A DNA stretch of 64,000 nt. It comes from Podarcis gaigeae. Taxonomy: Eukaryota. Each line of letters begins with the position of its first letter. Positions within the stretch are counted from its first letter, which is position 1. Positions 38,781-51,065 of this stretch are shown piece by piece. The translations under genes were made by a program, and so were the position numbers. Below the pieces are notes generated by a model that was given only the letters and a program-made list of their open reading frames with translations, did not search any database and had not been told where the DNA came from. The stretch lies in assembly GCA_964106915.2 (NCBI GenBank), contig OZ066924.1, one strand, 5' to 3'.

Positions 38781-40666
38781 TGCAGATGTTGCTGGACCAC
38801 AACTTTGACATCCCTGGCCAATGGCTATGCTGGCTGAGGCTGATGAGCGCTGGACTCCAGCATCTGGAAGGCAGCCAGTTCCCATTCCTGAAGTAGTTCT
38901 TAATCACACTCCCATCATGCTCCTGTATGTGAAGTCTCTCCCATCGATTTACATGACTGCAAACTGATTATTCATACATTTCCTTTCGTTTTCAGCATTG
39001 TAATTGCTGAAATACTGATCTTGACTCCTATATTGTGTGGGTGCAACCTTCTCTGCGCAGAGGGCTATTGGGAAACATCTCTTGGTTGGCTGGAGAAACA
39101 GGACATTAGACCTTTTCTCTGTCCTCCTCAATCTAGGCAGCTTTCCACTAACATCCTGGAAGCATTGCATACTAGAGCCAGCAGTCCCAAATAGCTAAAA
39201 TGCCACCACATACTGTTGAAATTCATCTCCCATGAACCATTGTTAGGGATAATGGAGGCTTTCACTTAAGAATATGTTTAGAAAAACTGGAGCCATCACA
39301 GCAAGTATTAAATGGAAAAGCCATAAAATGAGATGAACGCAGTCCATCTGGTTATAAAGTTTCTTTGGGGATAGAATATATTTTTTGCTATGGACTCAGA
39401 AAGCATCATGATGTAGCCTGTCTTTGAAAGGATAGCAAACCTAAGAATGGTTGGAACTTGTTGTAGGCAAACAGGTCAGTAATAGTTCAAAGGCTTGCTT
39501 CCTACACCTACTTCAGCTTTTGCTGCAGTACCGCATACTTTCAAAAGCGGGTTTTTTTATGAATTTGCCAAGGGTAAAAAAAGTCTTAATTTAATAACAG
39601 GAGTGAACTCCCTATAAATACATCCATGACAGAGCCTTTGATAAGTGTACTCAGTCATTTAATCTTATCAGTTCCCTCCCTTCTTTTTGTGCTGAGTCTG
39701 AAAAGGCACATCAGGGAACAAGCAATTCTTCATGTTCCATGAACACTCCTAAAATCATAAGGGGTTGATAGAGGAGATAGACTACGTTATCATCAATCCA
39801 CATGGTATCCATATGAAAAAAAATCCATCTTTAGCAGTTTAAGAGCCATTATAGATAGCATGTCCCCCACACAGAGAAGGTCTGCTTTGAAAAGGTTTAA
39901 ACTAATGATAGGCTGACCACATCAAACTGACACATCACATTTATTCTTCTCAGAGAGTTTAGCACATAACAGAGAAATTTTAGGACATTTCAGATAATGT
40001 AATAAGACCTCATTATAAAAAAGCACATAAGGATCAGAGTTGTTTCGGTAACATAGACTTACTGTGAAGCAGAAAATATAAGCTACTGTACAGATAAATG
40101 GGGAACTCAGCATGGTCAGAAATGTCACCAACAATTAAAACTTGAAAATAATACTTTAAACGCAGTGTGGTTTTAAGATGCTGATAAGCACTTGCTCACG
40201 TGAACATGGAAGAACTTTCAGTGGAGATACTGATTTAAAAAACAAAATTTAGAGTATTATGATGTGGTTTATATTAACTAAAACTTTTTTTGTACCTACA
40301 GGGGGGAGTGTACTTTAAGCACTGTTAATAAATGAACTTTGGCAATTCATTTTTATGAATTGGGATGTTTTCTGCAATTTACTCTCTTGTGCAACCAGTC
40401 CTACGCATTAAAAATATTTAGTGTGGGACTGACATTTTTAGCAGAAATTGGTATTGAATCAGGTTTTTATAATCCAAATTTTAGTGGACATCTTCAGATG
40501 TGACCATATATTAACATTGCTCTTGAAATGCTTGTGATGTTTTGAACAAGTAATGCTTGAGGAAATAGGCTTGAATCTTGAATGGTTGTATTTATGCCTC
40601 GCTCATATCATCTCTGTTCTGATGGTATTATAACACAAATTTGTATTTTTGGGGTTGTACTGTAGC

Positions 40667-40805
40667 AGGACTTAAGTTGGTTAGTGTGGTGCTGATAATA
40701 ACAAGGTTGCAGGTTTGATCCCCATATGGGACACTGGCATGTTCCTGCATTGCAGGTTAAATGAGATGATCCTCAATGTCCCTGCCAACTCTGTGATTTT
40801 ATGAC
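40667..40805 (+). mobile_element. tRNA-Ile-derived SINE with the same CR1-type tail
   Basis: AGTTGGTTAG..GTGGTGCTGATAA..CAAGGTTGCAGGTTTGATCCCC.TA.GGG resembles tRNA-Ile; followed by TTCCTGCATTGCAGG..AGATGATCCTC..GTCCCT.CCAACTCT. Confidence 0.75.
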
Positions 40806-41316
40806 TACTTCAGACCAATGTCTCTAGGTACTGTAGAGTAATGGTAATAATTATTTGAATCACTGTATTATACAAATGTCCCAACATGTTAACAGCATGC
40901 TTCTGTGTTCTGAACAGTACCTGTATGTAGCTCAGAGACCCTGTAAGACCTGGCCCTCCTTATTGTTCTCTTAATTACATCACATCATTAGAATGGCTGA
41001 CATAACCTTACAATGCTTCTAACATCACGGATTTGTATGGGCCAAACTACATCAAAATGTCTGGATGAAGGTTTGGGGAAGGGATTAAAGTGTTTGGTTA
41101 TACGATTTTGCAAGCAAAAGCAACAAATCATTGTGTAAGAAAGTAGTATATTTTATTACATGGATGTTTCAAAAGATATACTTCTTCTACTGGTAAAGTT
41201 TGTTTTGTTAAAATAAGGCCACTTTTTGCTTGCTCTGTTAGAATTGATTGTTGCTATGGTTAAGGCAGAAGGCTCACTGAACTATTCAAAATAATTTTTA
41301 AATAAGTTAATTATTT

Positions 41317-41441
41317 GGGATAGCTCAATCAGTAGGGCATGAGACTCTTAAAGGTTGTGGGTTCGAGCCCCATTGGGCAAAAGGATTCCTGCTTGCAGGG
41401 GGTTGGTCTAGATGATCCTTTGACTATATGATTCCATGATT
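41317..41441 (+). mobile_element. tRNA-Lys(CTT)-derived SINE with CR1-type tail
   Basis: TAGCTCA.TC.GTAG.GCATGAGACTCTTAA...GTGGGTTCGAGCCCCA then GATTCCTGC..GCAGGGGGTTGG.CTAGATGA and an ATGATTC tail. Confidence 0.85.
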
Positions 41442-41714
41442 TACATAATGAGTAGCTCCCTAATATTTACCTTGCAAAATCAAATCTCAAAATGCCTTGG
41501 GATTAAAGAGTTCTGTACACAATCATTTGTAGATTAGTCCTCTTGTGTTACATAAATCTATACCTATCTGATAAGGCTATTGTTGGCTATCTACAGTGGC
41601 TATGTTCTAGCTCCATTGGGACGAGTGATGATGTGCTCAGCTTCTACACTTCGGTTTCCCATGGGCGTATTTAGAAGCTGAGCACCTCTACTCTCCTAGC
41701 AATTCAAGGCCCTG

Positions 41715-41850
41715 TGCCATTTCAGTCTCACAACAGCTCTGTGAGGTATGTTAGGCTAAGATCTGGTAACTGAAAGAAGAGCACCCATTGAGCTTCATGA
41801 TGGATTTCAAAACCAGGCCTCTTCAGTTCTAGTCCAACACTACCACACCA
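41715..41850 (-). mobile_element. CORE-type SINE, decayed
   Basis: CTCACAACA.CTCTGTGAGGTA.GTTAGGCT...GAGCTTCATG..TAGTCCAACACT, homologous to 58455-58665. Confidence 0.65.
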
Positions 41851-42226
41851 GTCCCACTTGCAAAGTGCTGCTTTGGCCTAAGGTGCTCCTGAATTTTCTT
41901 TCAAATCAGCATTGATTTTTTTTTAATACTTTTTTTTCAAATTACAAAATGTTTCTTTTATGAACATACATAATGAAGCTATGCTTCAACCATTTTTATT
42001 TAATGGTTTTTGGTTCCAAATTACATTTATAAAGCTTTAATAAGAGTCCAATCTTAGGGCATGTTTTATGGAAACTTCGACTTCCCCTAGATACTGTTGC
42101 CTCCTACACAAGATAATTAACATGCCCTACCTTTTAGAGTGGCCTTAAATCTTCCAAATTCCCCCACACCACCCAAGGTGGCATGCCTCATAAGCTGAGA
42201 ATGACAGTATTAGGATCAAGAGCATC

Positions 42227-42355
42227 TTTATTCATTCTCAAATAAATTGTGAATGCAGTGTATGATTGTGGTAGTATATTGCCTCCTAAAAGTAAATGAA
42301 CCAAGTATACAGTACTCTATTCAAATATTGATCACATTACAAAAACAATTTTATT
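42227..42355 (-). terminator. SLF1: Candidate SLF1 polyadenylation signals
   Basis: Minus-strand AATAAA (TTTATT on +) at 42350-42355 and 42227-42232, about 770-900 nt after the stop. Which one is used cannot be told from sequence. Confidence 0.45.
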
Positions 42356-43125
42356 AACAAAAATATTATACAGGATTAGTGAGTGCAGACAGCAAAATGA
42401 GGTAGCCAACAAAATGAAGTGTCGCTTGATAGGATGGAGTAAAAGGATCCCCTGAGTTGGTGCCACAATCATTGCTGGAGCTCACCCCCCCCATTTTAAG
42501 AGACTATGGGCTGTTTCACAGCTGGTGGAAACCAGTTTCCCAGTATGGGAATGTGCTGTAGTGCCCAAGTAAGAAGCATCCACTTTCAGTTTCCTATGAC
42601 GACTGAGCCTGGAGAGTAGTTTGTTTACAAACTACCTGGTGAGGACAAGCCAGCATCTGAGAAAACAGTTTGCTTAATTAATTAGTGGGAACAAGATAGG
42701 ATCAAGTAAGTTTCCCGTGTTCAAACAGTATAAGGGAAAATGTGGTTAGTGCAAAACTGGGAACAGACGGTTCTGGTTTTCTGTCCTGGGAAAGGAAAGT
42801 GTGCAAACCTGATATTCTGTACAGCTTGTTCGCATTGTAGTAGGAAGCCAGTTTTGTGTTACGGCTAAATCAGGCAAATACAGTCTTAGTTCCCTTGTGG
42901 GGATCAGTAGGTCAACCAGGCAAGGGTATTATGCTTATATGTTGAAGATGATAAACATGTTAGACCAGGATCAATGAGGTACCAGATGCTGCCAAGACAA
43001 CAACTCCCATCATCTCTTATCATTGGTCATGCTGGATGGAGCTGATGGGAGCTGGAGTCCAAGGACACATTAGCTACCCCAGTGTTAAGACTATCAGCTT
43101 TTGGCAAGCAGTCCTAGTTTGGAAG

Positions 43126-43619
43126 CTAGTTGGCCAAATAACAGTTGGACATTTGGATTTCCACTGAAATTTGCTGTAGTGTTGCTGCAAAAGCTTGCTG
43201 CTGTTCACCTGTGCCCTTTTTAAGCTCCTCAATCATCTTCTGAAGATACACTGGGAGATGTCGAAAGGTTTCAAGCTCTCTAAAATAAAGATCTAGGAAC
43301 CAATGGCTAGAGCTAGCATTAAACTTGCAACAATCAGCTGTCACCAGCAACGGTTTGGAGCAGGCGAGCTTTTTAAAGGCTACAGAAAAAGGCTTAAATA
43401 GCTTATATACAGAACAAAAGTTTAACAACATCTTACAATATAAGACCATCCAAAATTCTGTCTGTGTTTTATGAAAATTGCTTTCCACTTGTGCATGGAA
43501 TTCCTCAACTTTCTCTTCTGGATTAACAAGATGCAAAAGTTGCTGCTTAGTTGTTTCACACTTTATGATATCCAGTGGCAGGTTCCCCTCAGAATCTTTC
43601 TGCTGTAGCAATACTGGTC
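43126..43619 (-). CDS. SLF1: SLF1 (ANKRD32) last coding exon with stop codon
   Basis: Minus-strand acceptor ttccttcttctgcAG-like pyrimidine tract, then (G)PVLLQQKDSEGNLPLDIIKC...VEEFHAQVESNFH...MLLNFCSVY...WFLDLYF...CYLAN*; corresponds to ORF 43126..43611 and resembles the recalled SLF1 C-terminus. Confidence 0.94.
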
Positions 43620-45736
43620 CTGCAGAAGAAAGGAAATAGCTTATTTAGTGCAGCTAAACAACTGGCTGTTTTTCAGTATCTGCAGTTTTGTCTGCAGCAT
43701 CTAAAGCTTTTTGATTAACAAATCACATTTTAATTCCCAAATGAATTAGAATTGTTAAGCCTCTTTCAGGCGTATACTATGTGCCTTAAAGATTATGGGG
43801 TGAAATGCCCTGCTAAGACCTTTGCTCCTCACCCTTGCAGTCATGTGGTGAGTCAGTCATAGGCTGGATGTTCTCGAACACTGGATCCAAATTCGCTAAG
43901 TACTACTGTTTTTCAAACCCCAAGCCATGGACCCTCTGGTTTTGAAAAGTTGTATATCTCTAAGGTAGTTTTTGTCATGCGAATGGTGCCACATACTCTT
44001 GGGGGTCCGGGGACCACCAATTGGCAACCACTGTTCTAAAGCAAAAGCCACTTCCTGATCTCAACAGTGTACTACAGATTTCTTTTTGTTAACATAACCA
44101 GATGATTCAAGTTCTTTGTATACGTATCATGCTTCAGTATATTTAAAGAAATTGGTAATACCTATTAAAATACAGGTTTACAAAATGTGTTTTGCAAGAC
44201 ACACAAAATAGATGATACTGATAGATGAAGATGATAAAAAAGAAATGAGGAAGCAAACTTTGGGGTACACAAGTATAAAATGGGGTCTGCTGCCATCCAT
44301 GGTGACAAATTTATTTCACAACGTTTATATACTGATAGATTGTAATAAAAGCTCCAAGTGGTTTACAAATCACAGTAACATTCAATTAAGTTGAGCGCAT
44401 GGGCAGAAGGCTGTGCCAGCAGCTGAGTTACGTAACATTTCATGTGTCTCAGCCACATGTATAAAGAATCCTAGCCTTGTTCATACATTCCTTATGTATG
44501 GCAGATAGCTTTCAGTATGAGCCAGGCCTTCTATGTGAATGCCAAAGGATGGTAGTTGGTGGCATTTCTCTGCCTCCAAAATGTGGGAGAAAGGTCTTGT
44601 GAGCTGGTCATCCTTACAAGTCAGCAGGATCTCTTACCTACTATTTTGGAGAAAGAAAAATGCCACCAACTAACTTTCTTTGAGTATTCATAAGGAGAAC
44701 CCAACTCAAACTCAAACGAAGGCCTTCCTGCTACTCTGTCGTACTGTTTCAGCACTCCCTTGCCAAGCGAAGGTAAGAACTGGAGTTTGGAACGTATTTT
44801 TAAGTTTAAACAGTGGCACAATAAGAAACAGCAGATTAGATATGCTAAAAATATAGTTTCCTGTTACTTTCCCTAAGACCTACAAAATGAGAAGAAAAGG
44901 CGATATAGCTTGCTTGCATAAAGCAAAAGCACCAAAAGCACCAAACTATTAGCATATGCTGTTTATCAGGAGGGAGTATGTGTCATTGCACTGAATGCCC
45001 TCTAGACAAACAGCCTTGGCTCTCAGGTGAACCTTGGGCTGTGTGGATCCACCAGAAGTAACTCTTCCTTAGTGGCTGAATAGGACAGAATGCAAGAATG
45101 CAGCTTCTCAAATAACCAGGGCTTAAGTTTTTATTCCATAAACCCCCTAAACATTCACAGAATCAAATAATGTGTTTGCATCTAGCAAGGACACACAGAA
45201 AAAAGTATGCCTAGATTCACCCACATTTTTGCCTTTAAGCGGTATATAAATTAATAATAATAATGGTTTCCGGGATGGTGTCCGTATACAGAGAAGACTG
45301 CCGTGCACAGTTTAAATGCCCAAGCCTGTATCTTAACACCCAAGCCTATGAGTGCAGCACTCATCACCTGCTTGGCAGACAGGTCAGAGGGATTTAATGA
45401 TCTTGCTTCTACCTAACAGGTCATCAGGACTGACACTCTGTTTCTTAGATTGGAGGACTTTTTATGTGTAGCAATGTGGTCTGACCATTCTGCTGCTGCT
45501 ACTAGAGCGATAGATCAGCTGCAGCCTTTTTTAAAAAAACAACAAAAAACCACAATTCAACTACCATAGATTACAGGTTGCACAGAGTTTTTAGTCATGA
45601 CGAAACTGCAATGTACTTAACTGAAATGCTTTAATGTGCAGGGGGAAATGGTATGTTAATGTGACATATGGATCGGGGGGGGGGGGGGAGAGAGAAGAGC
45701 AGCCTACTTTTGTGAAAGGTAAACTGCAAGACCAGG

Positions 45737-45940
45737 AATAATAATAATAATAATAAATGTTATTATTTGTACTGTGCCCATCTGACTGGGTTGACCCAGC
45801 CACTCTTGGCAGCTGCCAGCATATACAAAAACCATAATAAAATATTAAACATTAAAAACTTCCCTATATAGGGCTGCCTTCCGATGTTTTTTAAAGGTTG
45901 CATAGTTACTTATCTCCTTGACATCTGATGGGAGGGCGAA
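45737..45940 (-). mobile_element. L2-like LINE 3' end with (TAA)n tail
   Basis: (AAT)n then CCCATCTGACTGGGTTG.CCCAGCCACTCT.GGC.GCT...TAAAAACTTCCCT...GGGCTGCCTTC.GATG...GGGAGGGCG, typical of lizard L2 ends as I recall them. Confidence 0.65.
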
Positions 45941-45944
45941 TCCA

Positions 45945-46120
45945 GGAAAACCTGGATTCAAATTCCCACTCAGCCTTAGGGCTCATTAGGAGACGTGGGC
46001 CAGTCACTATTTCCCAGCCTACCCTACCTCAAAGGACTGTTGGGAAAATAAAAGAGGAGAAACATAAATGCCCCCCTTGAGCTCTTTAGGAAAAGGATGG
46101 TATAACACATCAATAAAATT
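45945..46120 (+). mobile_element. CORE-type SINE, decayed
   Basis: CCTGG.TTCAAATTCCCACTCAGCC...GGGCCAGTCACT..CAGCCTA.CCTACCTCA.AGG..GTTG; same family in forward orientation. Confidence 0.65.
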
Positions 46121-47617
46121 AACAGGTTGTGTGCCTACAGAGAGAGGGCCATGCACACAAGAGCAATATTTTAATTTTCAAATGTAGATATTGCATCATA
46201 GTGTAGATTAAAAAAAACCCCAAAACTAAAAAGGATAGCTTATGGGTGAGGGACGTGCCAAAGGACTCTATAAAGTTTAGTTACCAACAATGAGCAATTG
46301 TATACTGAATGTGCAGCATAGTTCCTGCCATGCTTCTGTCAAACTGCTTGACAGGCGAAGGCCTGGCATGTGACAGCCAAGATAACTCTGCACACACCGT
46401 CTGCACCGTTGCAAGAGGACCTTGATGAATGAAAGTGCAAGCAGATCTTCTCCCCTAGGACAAGGGGATCATCCGCTTCCCATTCTTCACAGACACCCAG
46501 GAAAAATGCACATCTGTCAGTGTAATGCCACGTTCTATTGAAGACTTGGGCTTTCGGTAATATTGGCTCTTGCATCACTTAGACCGATTGAAGTGTGGCC
46601 AGGTATTGGCTTGGCGTGTCAGTCGCATGGTGCGGTAGATAAATAAAACACCTGGGAGACAGCATTAAGGTTCAGCACAAGCACACAGAGGGAGAAGAGC
46701 AAGGGATGTATTGATTGCGAAAGAATGTCAACCAGAGACAAAGAAAGTAGCCTTTAGGGGGCAGGAGAAGACTGCAAATGCACAGAGGTCTTATAAAACA
46801 GACTAACCAGTGTAATGTTTGTGTTTCTGGCTGAGTTTAGCTAAAAGCTATCTAAGTACAGAACATTATTTTGCACTCCACACAGCAGAATTAGTATAGC
46901 CATAACAAATCTGAAAACATGAAATATGTGAAATTAAACTGACATGCAGAGTAGTGGTATGAGCTACATAAACTCTGTGTTTATATATGGCACACACAAA
47001 CGCTCTAAAATATATATACTTTCTCTCCTTTGAAGATGAGTACTTTGTGAGGGGAAGACATCTCATGGACGGTATACACAAAATGTTGTAATTTTTGAAC
47101 TGCTTTAAGTGGGTTTTTTTTTTTTTAAAATGCAAGATTCTAAAGTAAGGTATTTCTAACCCTTTCCCCTCCAATTTTTAGAAACCTAGACTTTTCAGAA
47201 GCAGAATTATCAGCCTAAATGGTTGGATAACCATAAATATAAGCAGAAACACCATGAAATTAAGCAGCACAAAGCAGTTAAGCTAACGATTTCTGCAGTA
47301 CATTGTAAAAATTAATTTAAAATCCAGATTTTGTGAAAAATGCCTGGTAGGCATGCAATCCACATCACTGCTTGTTCATACAGCTTTTACAAAAAATCTG
47401 CAATTCAGCAAATTTGAGAAAGCAGCCAAAGTTATGGGCTTACTGAAATAATTTAACTGACAAGATGAATGAGTATAAATATGGCATGATGCACATCAAT
47501 ATTTATGAAAACCTCTAGCTTTCAAAAATCACATCAAGAACACCCTCAAATTTTAATACTCTGCAGTTTTTTACAGATTCAAATTTCTCTAAGCTTATTT
47601 AACACAAACACACTCAC

Positions 47618-47800
47618 CCCCGTGCTGAAGTAGAAGCTTGGCAATTTCTACATGTCCATTTCTCAGGGCATCATGCAAGGGAGTAACCCCATCCACTTGG
47701 CTGAACAGGTTTACCTCTGGACAATGTTGCAAAATTTCACGGACACACAGAGTGTTTCCATGGTTACAAGCTTCATGCAAAGGCGTCCAGCCAGCATAGT
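47618..47800 (-). CDS. SLF1: SLF1 exon, ankyrin repeats
   Basis: (D)YAGWTPLHEACNHGNTLCVREILQHCPEVNLFSQVDGVTPLHDALRNGHVEIAKLLLQHG(G); two TPLH ankyrin motifs; CAG acceptor, GTGAGT donor; 183 nt, phase 1-1. Confidence 0.96.
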
Positions 47801-48401
47801 CTGAATTACAAATCAAGGGAAGTTTGAGAAAACAGTAAAATTAGTAGCAGGATGTTCATAATATTGTCGTTCAGATTCTGTTTACCCTTTCCCCCCTCTA
47901 ACTAGTGCCATGACGAATATTTTGAGAAATCAATATGCTAATTCTATTATACTTTTAAAATGAAACGAGGCAAAGATATGCTTCAGTGTCATTCTACAAT
48001 GAAGCTGTTTCTTTTTTTCTGCAAAGCATCGTATTTGTTATTGCTAAAGTAAGAACAAGGCATCTGCAATCAAAACCACACACTGGCCCAGGTCTGTTCG
48101 GACCAGAATTTCACATAAAAATCTTGACTATGAAGCCATTCACAGCTTTTATCCTCCTATCTATAAAAAGGCCAGAAATTAATTATTTTAAACCACAACT
48201 GTGCTTTAATAGAAAAACCATGCAGACAATTAAGTGCAATCAATAAGCTTTAGCCACAAAACTATCCATAAAATCTTTGCTTTAATTCATAATCCCGAAG
48301 CAGGAAAACAAGGAATGAAAAGAACTCTGCCAACACACAAGTATCACAGCTATTTGGGAGGCTTAATGTGTTTGTTCAGGGAAGAAAATAAAACTACTTA
48401 C

Positions 48402-48494
48402 CTTTAACGTTAATATCTATTCCTGGAAGAGAGAGAAGATGAATCAATCTCTCCACATTGTTCCTTTTGCAAGCAGTATGCAGGGCAGTCTCTC
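48402..48494 (-). CDS. SLF1: SLF1 exon, first ankyrin repeat
   Basis: (G)ETALHTACKRNNVERLIHLLSLPGIDINVK; TAG acceptor, GTAAGT donor; 93 nt, phase 1-1. Confidence 0.96.
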
Positions 48495-49123
48495 CTAGCA
48501 AACAGAATTAATAGATTATACCAGTCTAGGCAAAATGGCAACTGAAGAAAATAATCAAAGCGCAGGAACTAGGAGATCTGGCTACACGCCAGAGCACTCA
48601 GTAATGAATAAGATTTCCCTTTGTCCTGTTTAAATACCTTTTAAGAAAACTCAAAAAGCCCACAGAGCTTCTGTTCCATCAGAGATCCAGCAATGGAACT
48701 GCACTGCTAAAGGGTTAACACAGGAATTATCTCTCCCTCTCCCCCACCCACCCGTTCAAGCTGTAAAGCTTCAACCACATTATAAAAGCACCGAATGATC
48801 ACAGAACACCAAAAATGCTTGGTTTTGAAGCAATAAAAGTTTAGAGCGCAGTTGCCCTCCCTTAAATTTATTCATGAACCTACATTAAGTGTATGGTTCT
48901 TTTTACACAGCGTTTGTAGCTTAATTCAAATGAATGTTTCTGGCTAAGCACGAGTGCCTCTACACACTCAAGTATAATTCAGAACTTCAAATCCGTTAAC
49001 AGATGGTTTGCTCTTTCTCAATAGGCTGTCTGGCTTGCCTACAGTACCAGAGAGAAAAAGGAGGGGGGTGGAGGAGGGAGAGGGGGAGAGATTAAGAAGA
49101 ATGAAGCAGTCTTAAGAAGAGGG

Positions 49124-49124
<1 letters not shown>

Positions 49125-49170
<46 letters not shown>
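49125..49170. repeat. (CA)n microsatellite
   Basis: About 23 perfect units, next to a purine-rich tract. Confidence 0.97.
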
Positions 49171-49172
<2 letters not shown>

Positions 49173-50419
49173 AGACCTAGGAAAAAAAGAGAGAAGGAAG
49201 ACAGTGAAGACTGACTGCAGTTTACAGGTAGTGCCTCAATTAACGAAGGCAGGCTGTAAAATTCTGATATTTGTTTAGGTTTTCATCCACTGATTGTACT
49301 AGAACAAGAGTCGACAAAAAACACGTTTCCAAGTGAATGATGAAATTTACCCAAATGAGAACATTCTGCCCTCCCCACATTTGCTCAATGGGACTGGGTC
49401 AGTAAATTCCCTTATTTATATTCAACAGGATGATATTCTTATGCAGAGTGTCTGGTTGTTTGTTGTGGGCAACAATCAAGTCTATCTTTCCCAATGTATC
49501 ATATTTTAGCCACTTCTTTTAAGCGGAATTATGTATCAGTTTGTCTTACCTCTCCAATAGCACACCAGTAGAGGGAAAATCAGCTAATTTTTTTATCAGT
49601 GCATTTGCTGATATAGTGTGAGACTTTGGCATAGGGTGGGCATAAAATTTAAATCCAAGCAAAATGAGGGTTCTGCTGTTTTTGGCTCTACCAATAGCTT
49701 AGCATATAGTTCTAAAATATCCCTTCTGATATCCATTACTGTTATACTTTGGAGCGCTTTGAATGGCAATAATTATATATGTCTAGGTTAAATTCATATT
49801 AAAAATAGTTCCAGAAATTGATTTAAGACAGGTACAAGCATATAAGTACATTTTATTACATTTGTGTATTGAACAGAGCCCGTGTAAACTACTGTACTCT
49901 GCTATTTAAAACTTAAGTGCTTGGGTTCTAGTGTAGTTAAAACTAAAATCCAAATGCATTTCATAGCTTGGGCTCGATGCCTAGAAGAAAACAGTCCATA
50001 TGCTTAATGGGGCTATGTAATTCAGCATACACTTCGGTCTTTGTTTGCAAAACGTCTAGGACGGAAAGAGATGAAGACTGAATTAGACTTTCAAATCAGA
50101 GGACGATGCTGATTCTTCCAAGCACAGGTTGAGGTGGATTAGTGAAATAAGGCTGTGACTGGAATGGACTCATTTTAGGATGCATTCTCAATTTACAACT
50201 CAAGAGAAAATTGTGTGAGTGTGTGTTTGACTGATTAAAAAAAGCAGACAATCATATCCCCAACTTTAAAAAAGGGGCATTGCATAACAAAAAGCACAAG
50301 AAAGCCATATTTGACTTATGGCAATAATGAGATACCACTCCATCTTCACTGGGGCCAAATGTGGAACTACAGATTGCAAACTTGTAAAGTACTAAGCATA
50401 AGTTAGGAAATCACAGTAC

Positions 50420-50553
50420 CTTTAACGTTAACCTTGTTAACAGCCCCCTGCTTCCCTGAAAAATGATGATTATCTTTGCTGCGCATCATCTCAACTTCAG
50501 CTTTGTTTCCCAATTTCTTTTGAACACAAGCAGAGTTACCAGTGCCTTGTATA
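50420..50553 (-). CDS. SLF1: SLF1 exon (linker before the ankyrin repeats)
   Basis: IQGTGNSACVQKKLGNKAEVEMMRSKDNHHFSGKQGAVNKVNVK; cttttAG acceptor, GTACTG donor; 134 nt, phase 2-1, compatible with both neighbouring exons. Confidence 0.88.
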
Positions 50554-51065
50554 CTAAAAGCAAGAAGTGGTAAAAGTACGTTAAAAGACTGAACTTTATT
50601 TACATTTTAAAAACCAACAACACCCCACTTGTTCAGAAGTCACAAGTGTTCTCGCAGACAGATACATCTACATGCTTTCATATTTTGAAATTTAAGTCAC
50701 TGTAGTTTTGAAACATTCCATACAGTATGTGCTTGTAATAAACCCACCAATCATTCAATATACAGGGCTTAAGCTCACTCTGAAAACATTATTTCTTGAA
50801 TACTTCTATTTCTCCTGGGAAGCAATTTACATTAATAGTGGGAAAGTATGTATAGTCTGTGAAGTCTACATATATGCAGGGAAAGGGAAAAAGGAAAAAA
50901 CCCCTCACCATTCCCAGATGTGTTACAGGATTAAAACCGAGCTTTCTGCCAGTCACAGTAATTTGCAGACAACAACACAGGTCACATAAAGTTCAAGAAA
51001 TGTGTCAGGTCAGAAGCTGTCCCCCAAAGCAGAATAAAACCGGTGATGTTATAGGTATTACTTAC

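Noticed and set aside
30559-41441. tRNA-Lys and tRNA-Ile-like sequences as functional tRNA genes
   Set aside because: Stems are broken, there are deletions, and each runs into a shared retroposon tail, so they are SINEs.
44621-44821. ORF and GTAAGA donor sites on both strands suggesting a hidden exon
   Set aside because: No homology, the flanking SLF1 exons already join in frame, and part of it is the arm of an inverted repeat.
46456-46651. In-frame TGA (K*C) as a possible selenocysteine codon
   Set aside because: No selenoprotein homology and no SECIS element recognised.
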